From assembly GCA_965203295.1 (NCBI GenBank), contig CBDBCZ010000019.1, positions 1,472,001-1,536,000 of the forward strand: 64,000 nucleotides of DNA, given 5' to 3'. A model generated the notes under the pieces. It saw nothing but the letters and a program-made list of their open reading frames with translations. It did not search any database and was not told where the DNA came from. This DNA comes from Nitrospirales bacterium. Lineage in GTDB: Bacteria; Nitrospirota; Nitrospiria; Nitrospirales; UBA8639. The translations under genes and the position numbers were made by a program. The number at the start of each line of letters is the position of its first letter. Positions within the stretch are counted from its first letter, which is position 1. This document shows positions 53,485-62,395 of this stretch, one piece after another.

Positions 53485-53662
53485 GAGGATAGATGATGGA
53501 TTTTTTAGAGCATGGCCCGTTCTTTTTTCTAATGAGGTCTAAGAGACGTTGCAATTGGAAGGATGATGAATGTCTCTTCGCTGAATGATAAAACGTTTCT
53601 TGCGATAACATTGAAAAAAAGATTGAGCGTGGGTCAACGTAGTCTCCTAGGATACCGGCTTG

Positions 53663-54529
53663 CTATTCCCCATCGAGAGGATAGTATTTCACGACGGAAC
53701 TCGTCTTGTCTTGGAAGAGACCACTCGCGCCTACTTTGATGAGACGCTGACCGGTTGGGGACAACACAAAAGCGCGAAAAGCCAAAGCCACTGGTGAGGG
53801 GTTCTTGCTCATGACAAGAACAATTGGTCGACGAAGGGGATACGTGCCATCCAGGACTGTCTGGTATTCAGGTTCAATCCCGTTGATGAAAAGAAGAGTG
53901 ACACCATACCCGTCTTTGAGTGCTTGAAGGGCGGGACCCATAGAGACGTAGGAAATTGAGTAAATATCGCCGTTGATCGCTTTGAATGCTTGGACCTCTG
54001 TTCCAACTCTTTTGGAACGAACGGAAGTCTGATCTTCAATTCCAAGAAGTTTTTCGAACCCTTGCCGAATATTCTGATCCCATGATCGATTAATCAAGGT
54101 GATCTTCGTTTCCGGCCCTTCTTCATAGACCTCGGACCAATATTTTGCCTTGCCGGTAAAAATATTCGCGAGTTGGTCCGTTGTTATTTCATCGACGGGG
54201 TTGGCAAAGTTGGTCACAACGGCAATCCCATCCCAGGCCACAATGGTAGAGGATAAATCTTCCTCTACCTTTCCCGTTATGGCAATATCAGCCCCTTGAT
54301 CACGAATGGTTTTGACGGGTTTTGCATTATCGTGCCAGAAAAAATCAATGGAGGTAAGAGGGTGGTTGTATTCAAATTCCTGTGCGAGGGCTTCAATCGC
54401 ATAGCGTTCTGGACCGTTTCCTATGATCAAGCAAGTTCCCCTAAGATCGCTGTCAGCGGCGTACACGAGGGTTATCCCAGTGACGATGGGTAAAATTAAA
54501 AGCGGGATAAGGAGCCTTTTCCGTATCAT
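53663..54529 (-). CDS. PstS-like periplasmic binding protein (stand-alone)
   Basis: VAWDGIAVV, QLANIFTG..W, GTYPLRRP, F.AFVLS..GQ. Confidence 0.75.
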   Translation of the reverse strand: MIRKRLLIPLLILPIVTGITLVYAADSDLRGTCLIIGNGPERYAIEALAQEFEYNHPLTSIDFFWHDNAKPVKTIRDQGADIAITGKVEEDLSSTIVAWDGIAVVTNFANPVDEITTDQLANIFTGKAKYWSEVYEEGPETKITLINRSWDQNIRQGFEKLLGIEDQTSVRSKRVGTEVQAFKAINGDIYSISYVSMGPALQALKDGYGVTLLFINGIEPEYQTVLDGTYPLRRPIVLVMSKNPSPVALAFRAFVLSPTGQRLIKVGASGLFQDKTSSVVKYYPLDGE

Positions 54530-54705
54530 CTGATCTTTACATCACAAGTTTCTGTAAAGAATGCGTTCATTTTCCCTGGAGCCAAATGACGAAATTCTGC
54601 ATCATTTCTTTTAGGGAAGACTGAAGTCAAGAGAGACGGCACAATTTCACCAAAAGAGACAGGATGCTCCATCTTTGAAAGAGAGAGTTCAGATTGAATC
54701 TGTGT

Positions 54706-55014
54706 TTAATTGTCTCCGAAACTTGAATCTGTGGGTTGGGTCATATTGGCAGGGCCGGGCATGGCACGCTTGCCCGTAATAGGGGGAAGTTTGGAAAAGT
54801 TACTCATACGTTCATTGTACATATCATACGCTTTCATTTCAGAAAACCCAGGTTTGTGGTCTCCCTTTATTTGAGAGGCAAAGGCCGACATCAGGCGGCG
54901 TACATTTCCCTTCTGACATCGAGGACACGTCGTTTCCTCAACCTTCGCACTGAGAGATTGCATGAGTTCAAACTTCTGATAACAGGCTTCACACAGATAT
55001 TCATACAAGGGCAT
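54706..55014 (-). CDS. FmdB-family zinc-ribbon protein
   Basis: MPLYEYLCEAC..FE..CPRC..RRLMS; GGAG RBS. Confidence 0.85.
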   Translation of the reverse strand: MPLYEYLCEACYQKFELMQSLSAKVEETTCPRCQKGNVRRLMSAFASQIKGDHKPGFSEMKAYDMYNERMSNFSKLPPITGKRAMPGPANMTQPTDSSFGDN

Positions 55015-55059
55015 GCCAACGACTCCACTTAATATAGTGAATAAAGGACCTTACTCCTT

Positions 55060-55087
55060 TTCTATTATACAGATTCTATTATACAGA
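55060..55087. repeat. Perfect 14-bp tandem duplication
   Basis: TTCTATTATACAGA x2. Confidence 0.9.
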
Positions 55088-55242
55088 ATTGTATTGGGAC
55101 AAGGCCATGGGCTTCGACTGCACGCAATATCGCATGGTTGCCTCCTGAAGAAATCAAAAGAACTTGACGGTAGAGAAAAAAGAGAGGTATTCTTTTAAGG
55201 TTTAGCTTCACTGAGGCAAATTTTAACACGAGGAGGGATTGA

Positions 55243-55422
55243 ATGTCAGTGTTAATCCGGAAGTACAAACTTCCAACGGGGATGGCGAAAGAGGAACGAA
55301 TTGACGATCCTGATCGGATCTATCGCTATATGAAGTTGTTTGACCGGGAAGATGCGAAAAAAATTCAGACTGGTCAAAAAGTATTTATTGACAAGGATGA
55401 ATGGCAGCTTATCGAAGACTAA
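55243..55422 (+). CDS. Small hypothetical protein (59 aa), absent from the ORF track
   Basis: AGGAGG at 55231-55236, ATG 55243, MSVLIRKYKLPTGMAKEERIDDPDRIYRYMKLFDREDAKKIQTGQKVFIDKDEWQLIED*. Confidence 0.75.
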   Translation: MSVLIRKYKLPTGMAKEERIDDPDRIYRYMKLFDREDAKKIQTGQKVFIDKDEWQLIED

Positions 55423-55462
55423 AATCGGATGTTTTATTTTTTTTAGATCGTGAGAGAGAAAC

Positions 55463-55666
55463 ATGGGTCTTTGGGTACACTTAAAACGGTCATTGGACGA
55501 GGCAATGCTCCATAAAGACCGTTGCCTTGAAGTTCCCTCGGGGCCGGTCATGGCTGACTTTTGGGAAGGGGGTTGGTCTGAATACCCCGACAAAGAAACT
55601 GCCCTGGATGCCCTTGAACAATCAGGGGCAAGCCGTCAGTTGCGATGTCCCTTGTGCAAACCCTGA
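55463..55666 (+). CDS. Small hypothetical protein with H/C..CxxC pattern
   Basis: LHKDRC..GGW..CPLCKP; purine-rich RBS. Confidence 0.55.
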   Translation: MGLWVHLKRSLDEAMLHKDRCLEVPSGPVMADFWEGGWSEYPDKETALDALEQSGASRQLRCPLCKP

Positions 55667-55888
55667 TTTTCCAGCCTCTTTCTCGGTTTTTTGTTCTCCA
55701 ACACTTTGCCGCAACGATCTTTCCTGCTTTCAATGAAAATTGCTTTCGTTTCGACTTTACAGAGTGCTTCGTGTTCTGGGGCAGAGAGTGTTCCCCTGTG
55801 GTTGGTGAAACTACGCTCAGGATATTCGCTAAACCCTCGTTGACGTTGTCATCGATCTGATTAAGCAAGAGAATAATGACTTATTAAC

Positions 55889-56359
55889 ATGGCAGAGAAG
55901 TTTGGCAATTTTCGATGGGTGAAGGAAGGTTACCTCGATAACCGTTGGAACGGGATTGTTGTGGGTCGAGTGACCTTTGCTGCAATTGGAGATGTTGACT
56001 TTTGTTTGCAAGGGGATTGTAAGGGAGAAATTTTTGGGAAGGTGTTTCGATTTCGAAATTCGCAATATCTCGATGACGAATGGGCTTTTGAACGATTGTC
56101 AGGATTTGCCATTCCCCAGGTTGGGCACGTGAGTCTTATTTCATTCGATCCTCATCCGTTATTGCCACCCCATCCTTATATTGAGTGGTTTTCGGAAGGG
56201 AATTCACATTATCGGATTGAACTGGAACCTGAAGATTCGTGGATACTCCCTGAAAAAGAATCGGAGGAACTCACTTCTCAATCTGAATCGATTCGTGATT
56301 TATTGGCATCTCGATTCGGCTCTGAAAAGTCCAAACTCATCGATCGCGACTACTTTTGA
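55889..56359 (+). CDS. Hypothetical protein
   Basis: 156-aa ORF directly upstream of hemE, protein-like composition (GYLDNR, PHPYIEWF). Confidence 0.65.
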   Translation: MAEKFGNFRWVKEGYLDNRWNGIVVGRVTFAAIGDVDFCLQGDCKGEIFGKVFRFRNSQYLDDEWAFERLSGFAIPQVGHVSLISFDPHPLLPPHPYIEWFSEGNSHYRIELEPEDSWILPEKESEELTSQSESIRDLLASRFGSEKSKLIDRDYF

Positions 56360-56390
56360 AACCTCTCTCTTTTACTGAAAGTCGGACGTT

Positions 56391-57422
56391 ATGAATGACC
56401 GTTTCCTTCGAGCTTGTCGACGCCAATCGGTTGATCAGACCCCCGTGTGGTTTATGCGCCAAGCAGGCCGTTATATGGAAGAATACCTCAAGATACGGGC
56501 TAAGCATTCAATTTTGGAGGTGTGTAAAACTCCAGAATTAGCGGCTGAGGTGACCTTACAACCAATAGACCGGTTCCCGTTGGATGCGGCAGTTATTTTT
56601 GCTGATATCTTACTTCCCTTAGAGCCTATGGGATTTGATTTAGCATTCTTGGAAGGGGAGGGGCCGGTGATTCGAAATCCGGTTCGGAATAAGGACGACG
56701 TTGATCGATTACGATCCGTAGAGACAGAGAGTTTTCGTTTTAGTGAAAAGGCGATGAGCCTAACAAGGCGCATGCTCGACAATCGAGTTCCCCTCATCGG
56801 ATTTGCTGGTGCTCCCTTTACCCTGGCGAGTTATGCTATCGAGGGAGGAAGTTCACGCTCGCATGTGACAACCAAACGTCTGATGTATTCAGCGCCGGCC
56901 CTTTGGCATGAGCTCATGGAAAAGTTTGTCGATGTTGTTGTGCTATATCTACAGGTCCAAATCCAGGCTGGTGCCCAGGCTATCCAGCTCTTTGACAGTT
57001 GGGTGGGATGTCTGTCTCCTGGAGATTTTGAAAAATACGCACTTCCCTACGTCCAGCGCATCTTTCAGGCGTTACGGAAATCAGATATTCCACTGATCTA
57101 TTTTGGAACAGGCACCGCAACTCTTCTTCCTCTTATGCGAAAAGCTGGTAGTGATGTGATTGGATTAGACTGGCATGTCAATTTAGATGAAGCGTGGAAG
57201 ACCGTTGGATTTGATTTGGCTGTTCAGGGGAATTTAGATCCCGTGGTGTTATATGCTCCGATTCCTGAGATTGAATTAAGGGTGACGGATATCCTCAGCC
57301 GAGCTCAAAACCGTCCAGGGCACATTTTTAATTTGGGGCATGGAATTTTACCCAAAACGCCGGTAGAAAATGTGGCAGCTACCACCAATTTCGTGCAAGA
57401 ACGGAGTCGTCGAATTATGTAG
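56391..57422 (+). CDS. hemE: Uroporphyrinogen decarboxylase
   Basis: PVWFMRQAGRY, IGFAGAPFTLASY, FDSW, QGNLDP, IFNLGHGI. Confidence 0.97.
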   Translation: MNDRFLRACRRQSVDQTPVWFMRQAGRYMEEYLKIRAKHSILEVCKTPELAAEVTLQPIDRFPLDAAVIFADILLPLEPMGFDLAFLEGEGPVIRNPVRNKDDVDRLRSVETESFRFSEKAMSLTRRMLDNRVPLIGFAGAPFTLASYAIEGGSSRSHVTTKRLMYSAPALWHELMEKFVDVVVLYLQVQIQAGAQAIQLFDSWVGCLSPGDFEKYALPYVQRIFQALRKSDIPLIYFGTGTATLLPLMRKAGSDVIGLDWHVNLDEAWKTVGFDLAVQGNLDPVVLYAPIPEIELRVTDILSRAQNRPGHIFNLGHGILPKTPVENVAATTNFVQERSRRIM

Positions 57423-57525
57423 TGGATGTCTCCTCTTTTTCAGCGCTTTTTTCTCTAGCTAACCTATTTCTATTTTTCCCCTTCTCTAGATCTTTACCTA
57501 TGCTCATTCCTGCACGTCGTTTGCT

Positions 57526-58995
57526 ATGAAACCCTCCTCTCAGCATGTCGTGATTATTGGTGGTGGCATTTCTGGCCTTTCCACTGCCTATTTTTTAAAA
57601 GAGGAAGCAAAGAAGGTCGGCACCCTTTTGGATTGTACGGTACTAGAGGCCGGTCCTTATTGGGGAGGGAAAATCAGAACCAATTATATAAATGGTCGCA
57701 TTATCGAAGGTGGTCCAGACTCATTCCTGACGTCAAAACCATGGGCCCTTAAATTGTGCGAACAGTTGGGATTAGGCCCTCAACTTATCAATACCAATCA
57801 AACTCACAGCAAAACGTTCACCTATTCCCGAGGGCGTTTAAGGGAGTTCCCTCAAGGTTTAGTTGCGTTTCTCCCTACGAAATTACGTCCCCTTTTCCGC
57901 AATGGGCTGATGTCTTGGCCTGGGGTGCTTCGTATGGCTGGAGACTGGTTTTTGCCGGCCCCCAAAGGCCCTCAAGTTGATGAATCTCTTGCCGTTTTTT
58001 TTAGCCGACGGCTTGGTCGGGAGGCTTTCGACCGGCTCATTGAACCTCTCGTTGCCGGGATTTATGCTGGTGATGCAGATGAACTAAGTTTAGCTGCAAC
58101 CTTTCCGCGATTTCGGGAATTGGAGCAGAAATATGGCGGTCTCATAAAGGGCATGTTAGCTCAACGTAAAGGACAACCCTCCGTGAATTCAACGGGTCAT
58201 TCCTCTCGATCATTGTTTGTGACTCTTCGCGGTGGATTAACCGACTTAGTGACCAACGTAGTCGAACAGCTTGTGAATCAGGGTGTTACTATGAAGGTCA
58301 ATACAAGAGTTGCCGGTTTGAAAGCGCAGCAGGGTCATCCTGGTCATCCAAGGTTTGTTATTGCCTTAGACGATGAAACCATATTGACAGCTGATGGAGT
58401 TGTGCTGGCCACACCAGCGTTTGTTTCAGCTCAATTACTGACCTCGGTTTGCACAGAGGCAGCCCAGTTATTAGAACAGATTCCGTATGCTTCAACGGCT
58501 ACGGTTTCCCTTGTCTACGAAAAAGCCGATGTCGGCCATTTATTGAACGGGTTCGGTTTCGTTGTGCCGAGAATTGAGCAAAAGAGTCTTATTGCGGGTA
58601 CGTGGTCATCAATGAAATGGGAGGGGAGGGCGAACCCAGAAGAATGTCTCGTGCGGTGTTATCTTGGAGGTCGAGGTCGAGACGCCATCTTTGATCTGTC
58701 GGATCATGAAATGATCTCATGTGTACAGAGGGACTTGAGAACTATCGTCGGCATTCACGAAGAACCCATGTACGTTGAGGTGTACCGATGGAATCAAGGA
58801 ATGCCTCAATATGTGATCGGGCATTTGGACCGACTTAAGGCGCTGAGTCGGGCGATGGAACCTTACTCTGGCCTCTACCTGACGGGGGCCGCGTTTGAAG
58901 GGGTTGGCATCCCGGATTGCATTCGCCATGCTAACCAGACCGCAGTGACGATGGCCATGTACTTGCAGGGGAAAACCAAAGTAGAAGTTCAATAA
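57526..58995 (+). CDS. hemY: HemY-type proto/coproporphyrinogen oxidase
   Basis: IIGGGISGL, EGGPDSF, GIYAGD..LS, MPQY..GH, GVGIPDCI. Confidence 0.92.
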   Translation: MKPSSQHVVIIGGGISGLSTAYFLKEEAKKVGTLLDCTVLEAGPYWGGKIRTNYINGRIIEGGPDSFLTSKPWALKLCEQLGLGPQLINTNQTHSKTFTYSRGRLREFPQGLVAFLPTKLRPLFRNGLMSWPGVLRMAGDWFLPAPKGPQVDESLAVFFSRRLGREAFDRLIEPLVAGIYAGDADELSLAATFPRFRELEQKYGGLIKGMLAQRKGQPSVNSTGHSSRSLFVTLRGGLTDLVTNVVEQLVNQGVTMKVNTRVAGLKAQQGHPGHPRFVIALDDETILTADGVVLATPAFVSAQLLTSVCTEAAQLLEQIPYASTATVSLVYEKADVGHLLNGFGFVVPRIEQKSLIAGTWSSMKWEGRANPEECLVRCYLGGRGRDAIFDLSDHEMISCVQRDLRTIVGIHEEPMYVEVYRWNQGMPQYVIGHLDRLKALSRAMEPYSGLYLTGAAFEGVGIPDCIRHANQTAVTMAMYLQGKTKVEVQ

Positions 58996-59100
58996 ACTAA
59001 GGAATCTTTTCGTGCCTTGTCGGTTATGGGTGGCAGGGAAATGAGCAGAGATTGATTGACCGACTAGGTTTGGAGAACAAAATCGCCATAGTGCAAAATC

Positions 59101-59373
59101 ATGGTACGGGCTCACTGTTTCATTCAAGGAAAAGTCCAAGGGGTTGGTTTTCGCGCGTATATTCACACGCAGGCCCTCGCTTTTCACCTGGTCGGATGGG
59201 TGAGAAATTGTGATGATGGATCCGTGGAAGTCGAAGTTGGAGGGGAGAAGGATGCTATCGAGAATTTTTTGAAGGCCTTAAAAGCGTGGCCTGCTTTTTC
59301 GCGTGTTGACCATCTTGATTTACAATGGGATGAGGCCAGCCTGCAATATCGATCATTTCAGGTTGTCTATTAG
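59101..59373 (+). CDS. acyP: Acylphosphatase
   Basis: GKVQGVGFR, GWVRN..DGSVE. Confidence 0.93.
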   Translation: MVRAHCFIQGKVQGVGFRAYIHTQALAFHLVGWVRNCDDGSVEVEVGGEKDAIENFLKALKAWPAFSRVDHLDLQWDEASLQYRSFQVVY

Positions 59374-59578
59374 GGGATAGAATCATCTTGGTGAAACTTT
59401 CGGCTAAATGGACCTTTTAGCACTTTCTCATAGTGTTGAACAGGCATTCACGTATTTTAATGAAGAGACTTGAGCGTGACTATTTTGAATTTTCTAGCTA
59501 TCGAGAGTGTCATGCCTATCAGAAAAGGCCATCCAGGAATCATTCCGTGGATCATTCTTGATAGGGGGAAGGAGATGT

Positions 59579-60094
59579 ATGGATTATAAATCTCTCATTC
59601 GAGAAGTACCCGATTTTCCTAAGCCTGGTATTCTTTTCTATGATATTACGCCTCTTCTGAAGGATTCGAAGGTTTTCAAACGGCTCATTCAAGAATTTGT
59701 GGAAGGATTTAAGAATAAGACTATTCACAAAGTTGTTGGTATTGAATCACGAGGATTCATTTTTGGTGCAGCTTTAGCTCATCAGCTTCATGCTGGATTT
59801 ATTCCAGTAAGAAAACCCGGAAAACTTCCTGCTGATGTCTATGAGGTCAAATATAGCCTCGAATACGGGTCTACTTCTCTTGCTATTCACCGTGATGCGA
59901 TCCAGATGGGCGAACCAGTTCTGGTCGTGGATGACCTTTTGGCGACAGGTGGGACGGCTTCAGCAACCGTGCATTTGATCAACCAGTTAGGTGGAGAAAT
60001 CGTAGGATGTGCCTTTCTTGTTGAATTGCTTTCGTTAGAAGGAAGAAAAAAATTGGATGGAAATTCCATTTTTTCCTTGATGACGTATCCTTGA
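59579..60094 (+). CDS. apt: Adenine phosphoribosyltransferase
   Basis: PDFPKPGILFYDIT, ESRGF, VRKPGKLP, YSLEYG, VDDLLATGGT. Confidence 0.96.
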   Translation: MDYKSLIREVPDFPKPGILFYDITPLLKDSKVFKRLIQEFVEGFKNKTIHKVVGIESRGFIFGAALAHQLHAGFIPVRKPGKLPADVYEVKYSLEYGSTSLAIHRDAIQMGEPVLVVDDLLATGGTASATVHLINQLGGEIVGCAFLVELLSLEGRKKLDGNSIFSLMTYP

Positions 60095-60212
60095 TATTGC
60101 TAACATATCTACCTTTTTGGGAAGACTTAGGCTATTTCGACGCTTGAGAAATCTTCTTGCGAATGATGTCCTAACGATTCAATGTCGTTTTGGTAAACAA
60201 AGGAGTTCCCGT

Positions 60213-60773
60213 ATGAGAAGGAAAATGAGTACGAAATCCACCGCATCACCCAAAACAAAAAAAGTGCGGGCCAAGTCTCCCTCAAAGCCCACTCGACCGA
60301 TAAAGAAAAAAGTTGCGACCAGCTCCAAAAAGGAAGAAGTCCAATCTGTGGAATTGACGCCTGGCGCCCCAAAAACAAAAATAAAATTCAGTGGCCGCCA
60401 GAAAAAATTGCATGGCATTCTGTTGGCCAAACGGTATTCGATCTTGCGTGAAATGAAGGAACAATTGGGGCAATCATTAAATGAGGAGCAATATCGCCGT
60501 TTAGAGTCGGCAAAGGACAGCGGAGATCAGGCCTTGGTCGGTCTTGAACGAGAAATGGGCATTTCCCTTCAGGAAATGCGAAATAAGGAACGTCAGCTCA
60601 TTGAAAATGCGCTCACTCGATTAAAAGAAGGAAGTTATGGACTGTGTGCTGATTGTGGAGAAGAAATTAGTGAGAAGCGATTGGCAGCTCTGCCTTTTGC
60701 GACGTTGTGCGTAGAATGCCAGTCCAAACAAGAATTACTAGAAAAAATTGAAAGGGGCGAGCAACGGGCTTAA
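60213..60773 (+). CDS. dksA: DksA/TraR C4 zinc-finger protein
   Basis: DSGDQA, YGLCADCGEEI..RL.ALP.ATLCVECQ; AGGAG RBS before ATG 60213. Confidence 0.85.
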   Translation: MRRKMSTKSTASPKTKKVRAKSPSKPTRPIKKKVATSSKKEEVQSVELTPGAPKTKIKFSGRQKKLHGILLAKRYSILREMKEQLGQSLNEEQYRRLESAKDSGDQALVGLEREMGISLQEMRNKERQLIENALTRLKEGSYGLCADCGEEISEKRLAALPFATLCVECQSKQELLEKIERGEQRA

Positions 60774-61032
60774 GATTGTCATGTGTGATTTGGAAAAGCT
60801 GTATCCCTGCCAGTCAGCCAGAGAAACTCGAGTCCTGAGGCTTGACCATTGAGCTTCTGCCTTAAAAGAGTTCTTCCTTGGTGTAAGTTTTTTTAGATTT
60901 CCCATTAGCGAATTGAATACTAACTCTTCCTTCTCCTCTTTTTTGAGGTTTATAAGGCCTGGTTTTCTTGCTAGACGTTTGACACGTTTTTCACAATATT
61001 CTTAGCCGGTATAACATGGGAAAAACTTCATA

Positions 61033-61734
61033 ATGCCGAAGGTGGATGAGCCACAGAAAGTTGTCGTTCTTGCTAGTGGGGGACTGGATTCAACGGTTGC
61101 CGCAGCAGTGGCGAGAGAAGAAGGGTGCGAATTGTTCCTTCTTACGATTCTATATGGACAACGTCATCTAAGAGAGGTGGATTGTGCACGAGCTGTTGCC
61201 CGTTGGTTGAAGGCTGTTCAGCATACCGAGTTGTCCGTTGACTTAAAGGTGTTAGGTGGATCAGCCTTAACCTCTGCTATGGCCCTACCTAAAGATCGAT
61301 TGGTCGGGACCCAAGACCAATCGATCCCTGCGACATACGTCCCTGCTCGAAATATGATATTCCTCTCGTTGGCATTAGCCTTTGCAGAAGTTCAAGGTGC
61401 AAGGTTAATTTATTTTGGTGCAAACATTCGTGACTACTCAGGATACCCAGATTGTCGACCAGAATTTTTAGATGCCTTTTCGACTATGGCCAAGTCTGGG
61501 ACAAAGGCGGGTATGGAGGGAAAGGCTGTAGAGATCCGCGCCCCTTTACTCCATTTAACCAAAGCGGAGATCATCAAGAGGGGGGCCTCCTTGAATGTTC
61601 CCTTTCGACTGACTCATAGTTGTTATGATCCGGATCACGATGGTAAAGCCTGTGGGCAATGCGATAGTTGTCAAATTCGAAAAAAGGGGTTCGAAGAAGC
61701 AGGGATCCTGGACGAAATTTCGTACCGTCAATAA
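61033..61734 (+). CDS. queC: 7-cyano-7-deazaguanine synthase
   Basis: SGGLDS, YGQRH, TYVPARN, YSGYPDCRPEF, SCY..CGQCDSC. Confidence 0.96.
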   Translation: MPKVDEPQKVVVLASGGLDSTVAAAVAREEGCELFLLTILYGQRHLREVDCARAVARWLKAVQHTELSVDLKVLGGSALTSAMALPKDRLVGTQDQSIPATYVPARNMIFLSLALAFAEVQGARLIYFGANIRDYSGYPDCRPEFLDAFSTMAKSGTKAGMEGKAVEIRAPLLHLTKAEIIKRGASLNVPFRLTHSCYDPDHDGKACGQCDSCQIRKKGFEEAGILDEISYRQ

Positions 61735-61850
61735 AGGTTGTGGACAAATGAGTTTTAGGTGATCGCTCATTGAGGCAGGGAATCTCTTTTTGACTATGGC
61801 CTCAAGTATTTGCGAGTGCCGGATGGACCTATCGATGAACGTATAAGGCC

Positions 61851-62312
61851 ATGATATTAGCCATCTTGAAAAACTGGTCTCTTATGGTGGTTGCCTTCTG
61901 GAGCCTTTTCCTCGTGATGATGGGGTGTGATCCCAATAATTCACATCAAGGAGAAGTCAGGAATCAGGGTAAATCTGCTGATTTGGGTTTTGTGGCATCG
62001 CAGAGCTCGGATGGTGGGACCATACAGGTTCCTGAGGAATTCCAGCAGGGAGAGGGTCGATTTAACACGTTCTGTGCCAGATGTCATGGGGCCTATGGAA
62101 GTGGGACGACAATGGGCCCACCTTTAGTTCACAAAATTTATGAGCCCAATCATCATGGAGATTTTGCGTTTATTCGAGCTGAAACTCAGGGTGTTCGAGC
62201 CCACCATTGGAATTTTGGAGATATGCCAGCAGTCGAAGGTGTGTCATCAAATGATGTAAAAGAAATCATCCCCTATATTCGGTGGTTGCAGCGGCAAGCG
62301 GGAATTTATTAA
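61851..62312 (+). CDS. Monoheme cytochrome c lipoprotein
   Basis: Lipobox MMGC, CARCH, GPPLVHKIYEPNHH, HHWNFGDMP. Confidence 0.88.
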   Translation: MILAILKNWSLMVVAFWSLFLVMMGCDPNNSHQGEVRNQGKSADLGFVASQSSDGGTIQVPEEFQQGEGRFNTFCARCHGAYGSGTTMGPPLVHKIYEPNHHGDFAFIRAETQGVRAHHWNFGDMPAVEGVSSNDVKEIIPYIRWLQRQAGIY

Positions 62313-62395
62313 CTCCTATATTCCCAAATCAAGCAGGTTTTATTTAAATTATGAAAAGAACTCTCTGGGAGTCTTGTATCCTAGGAGAGAGTTTT

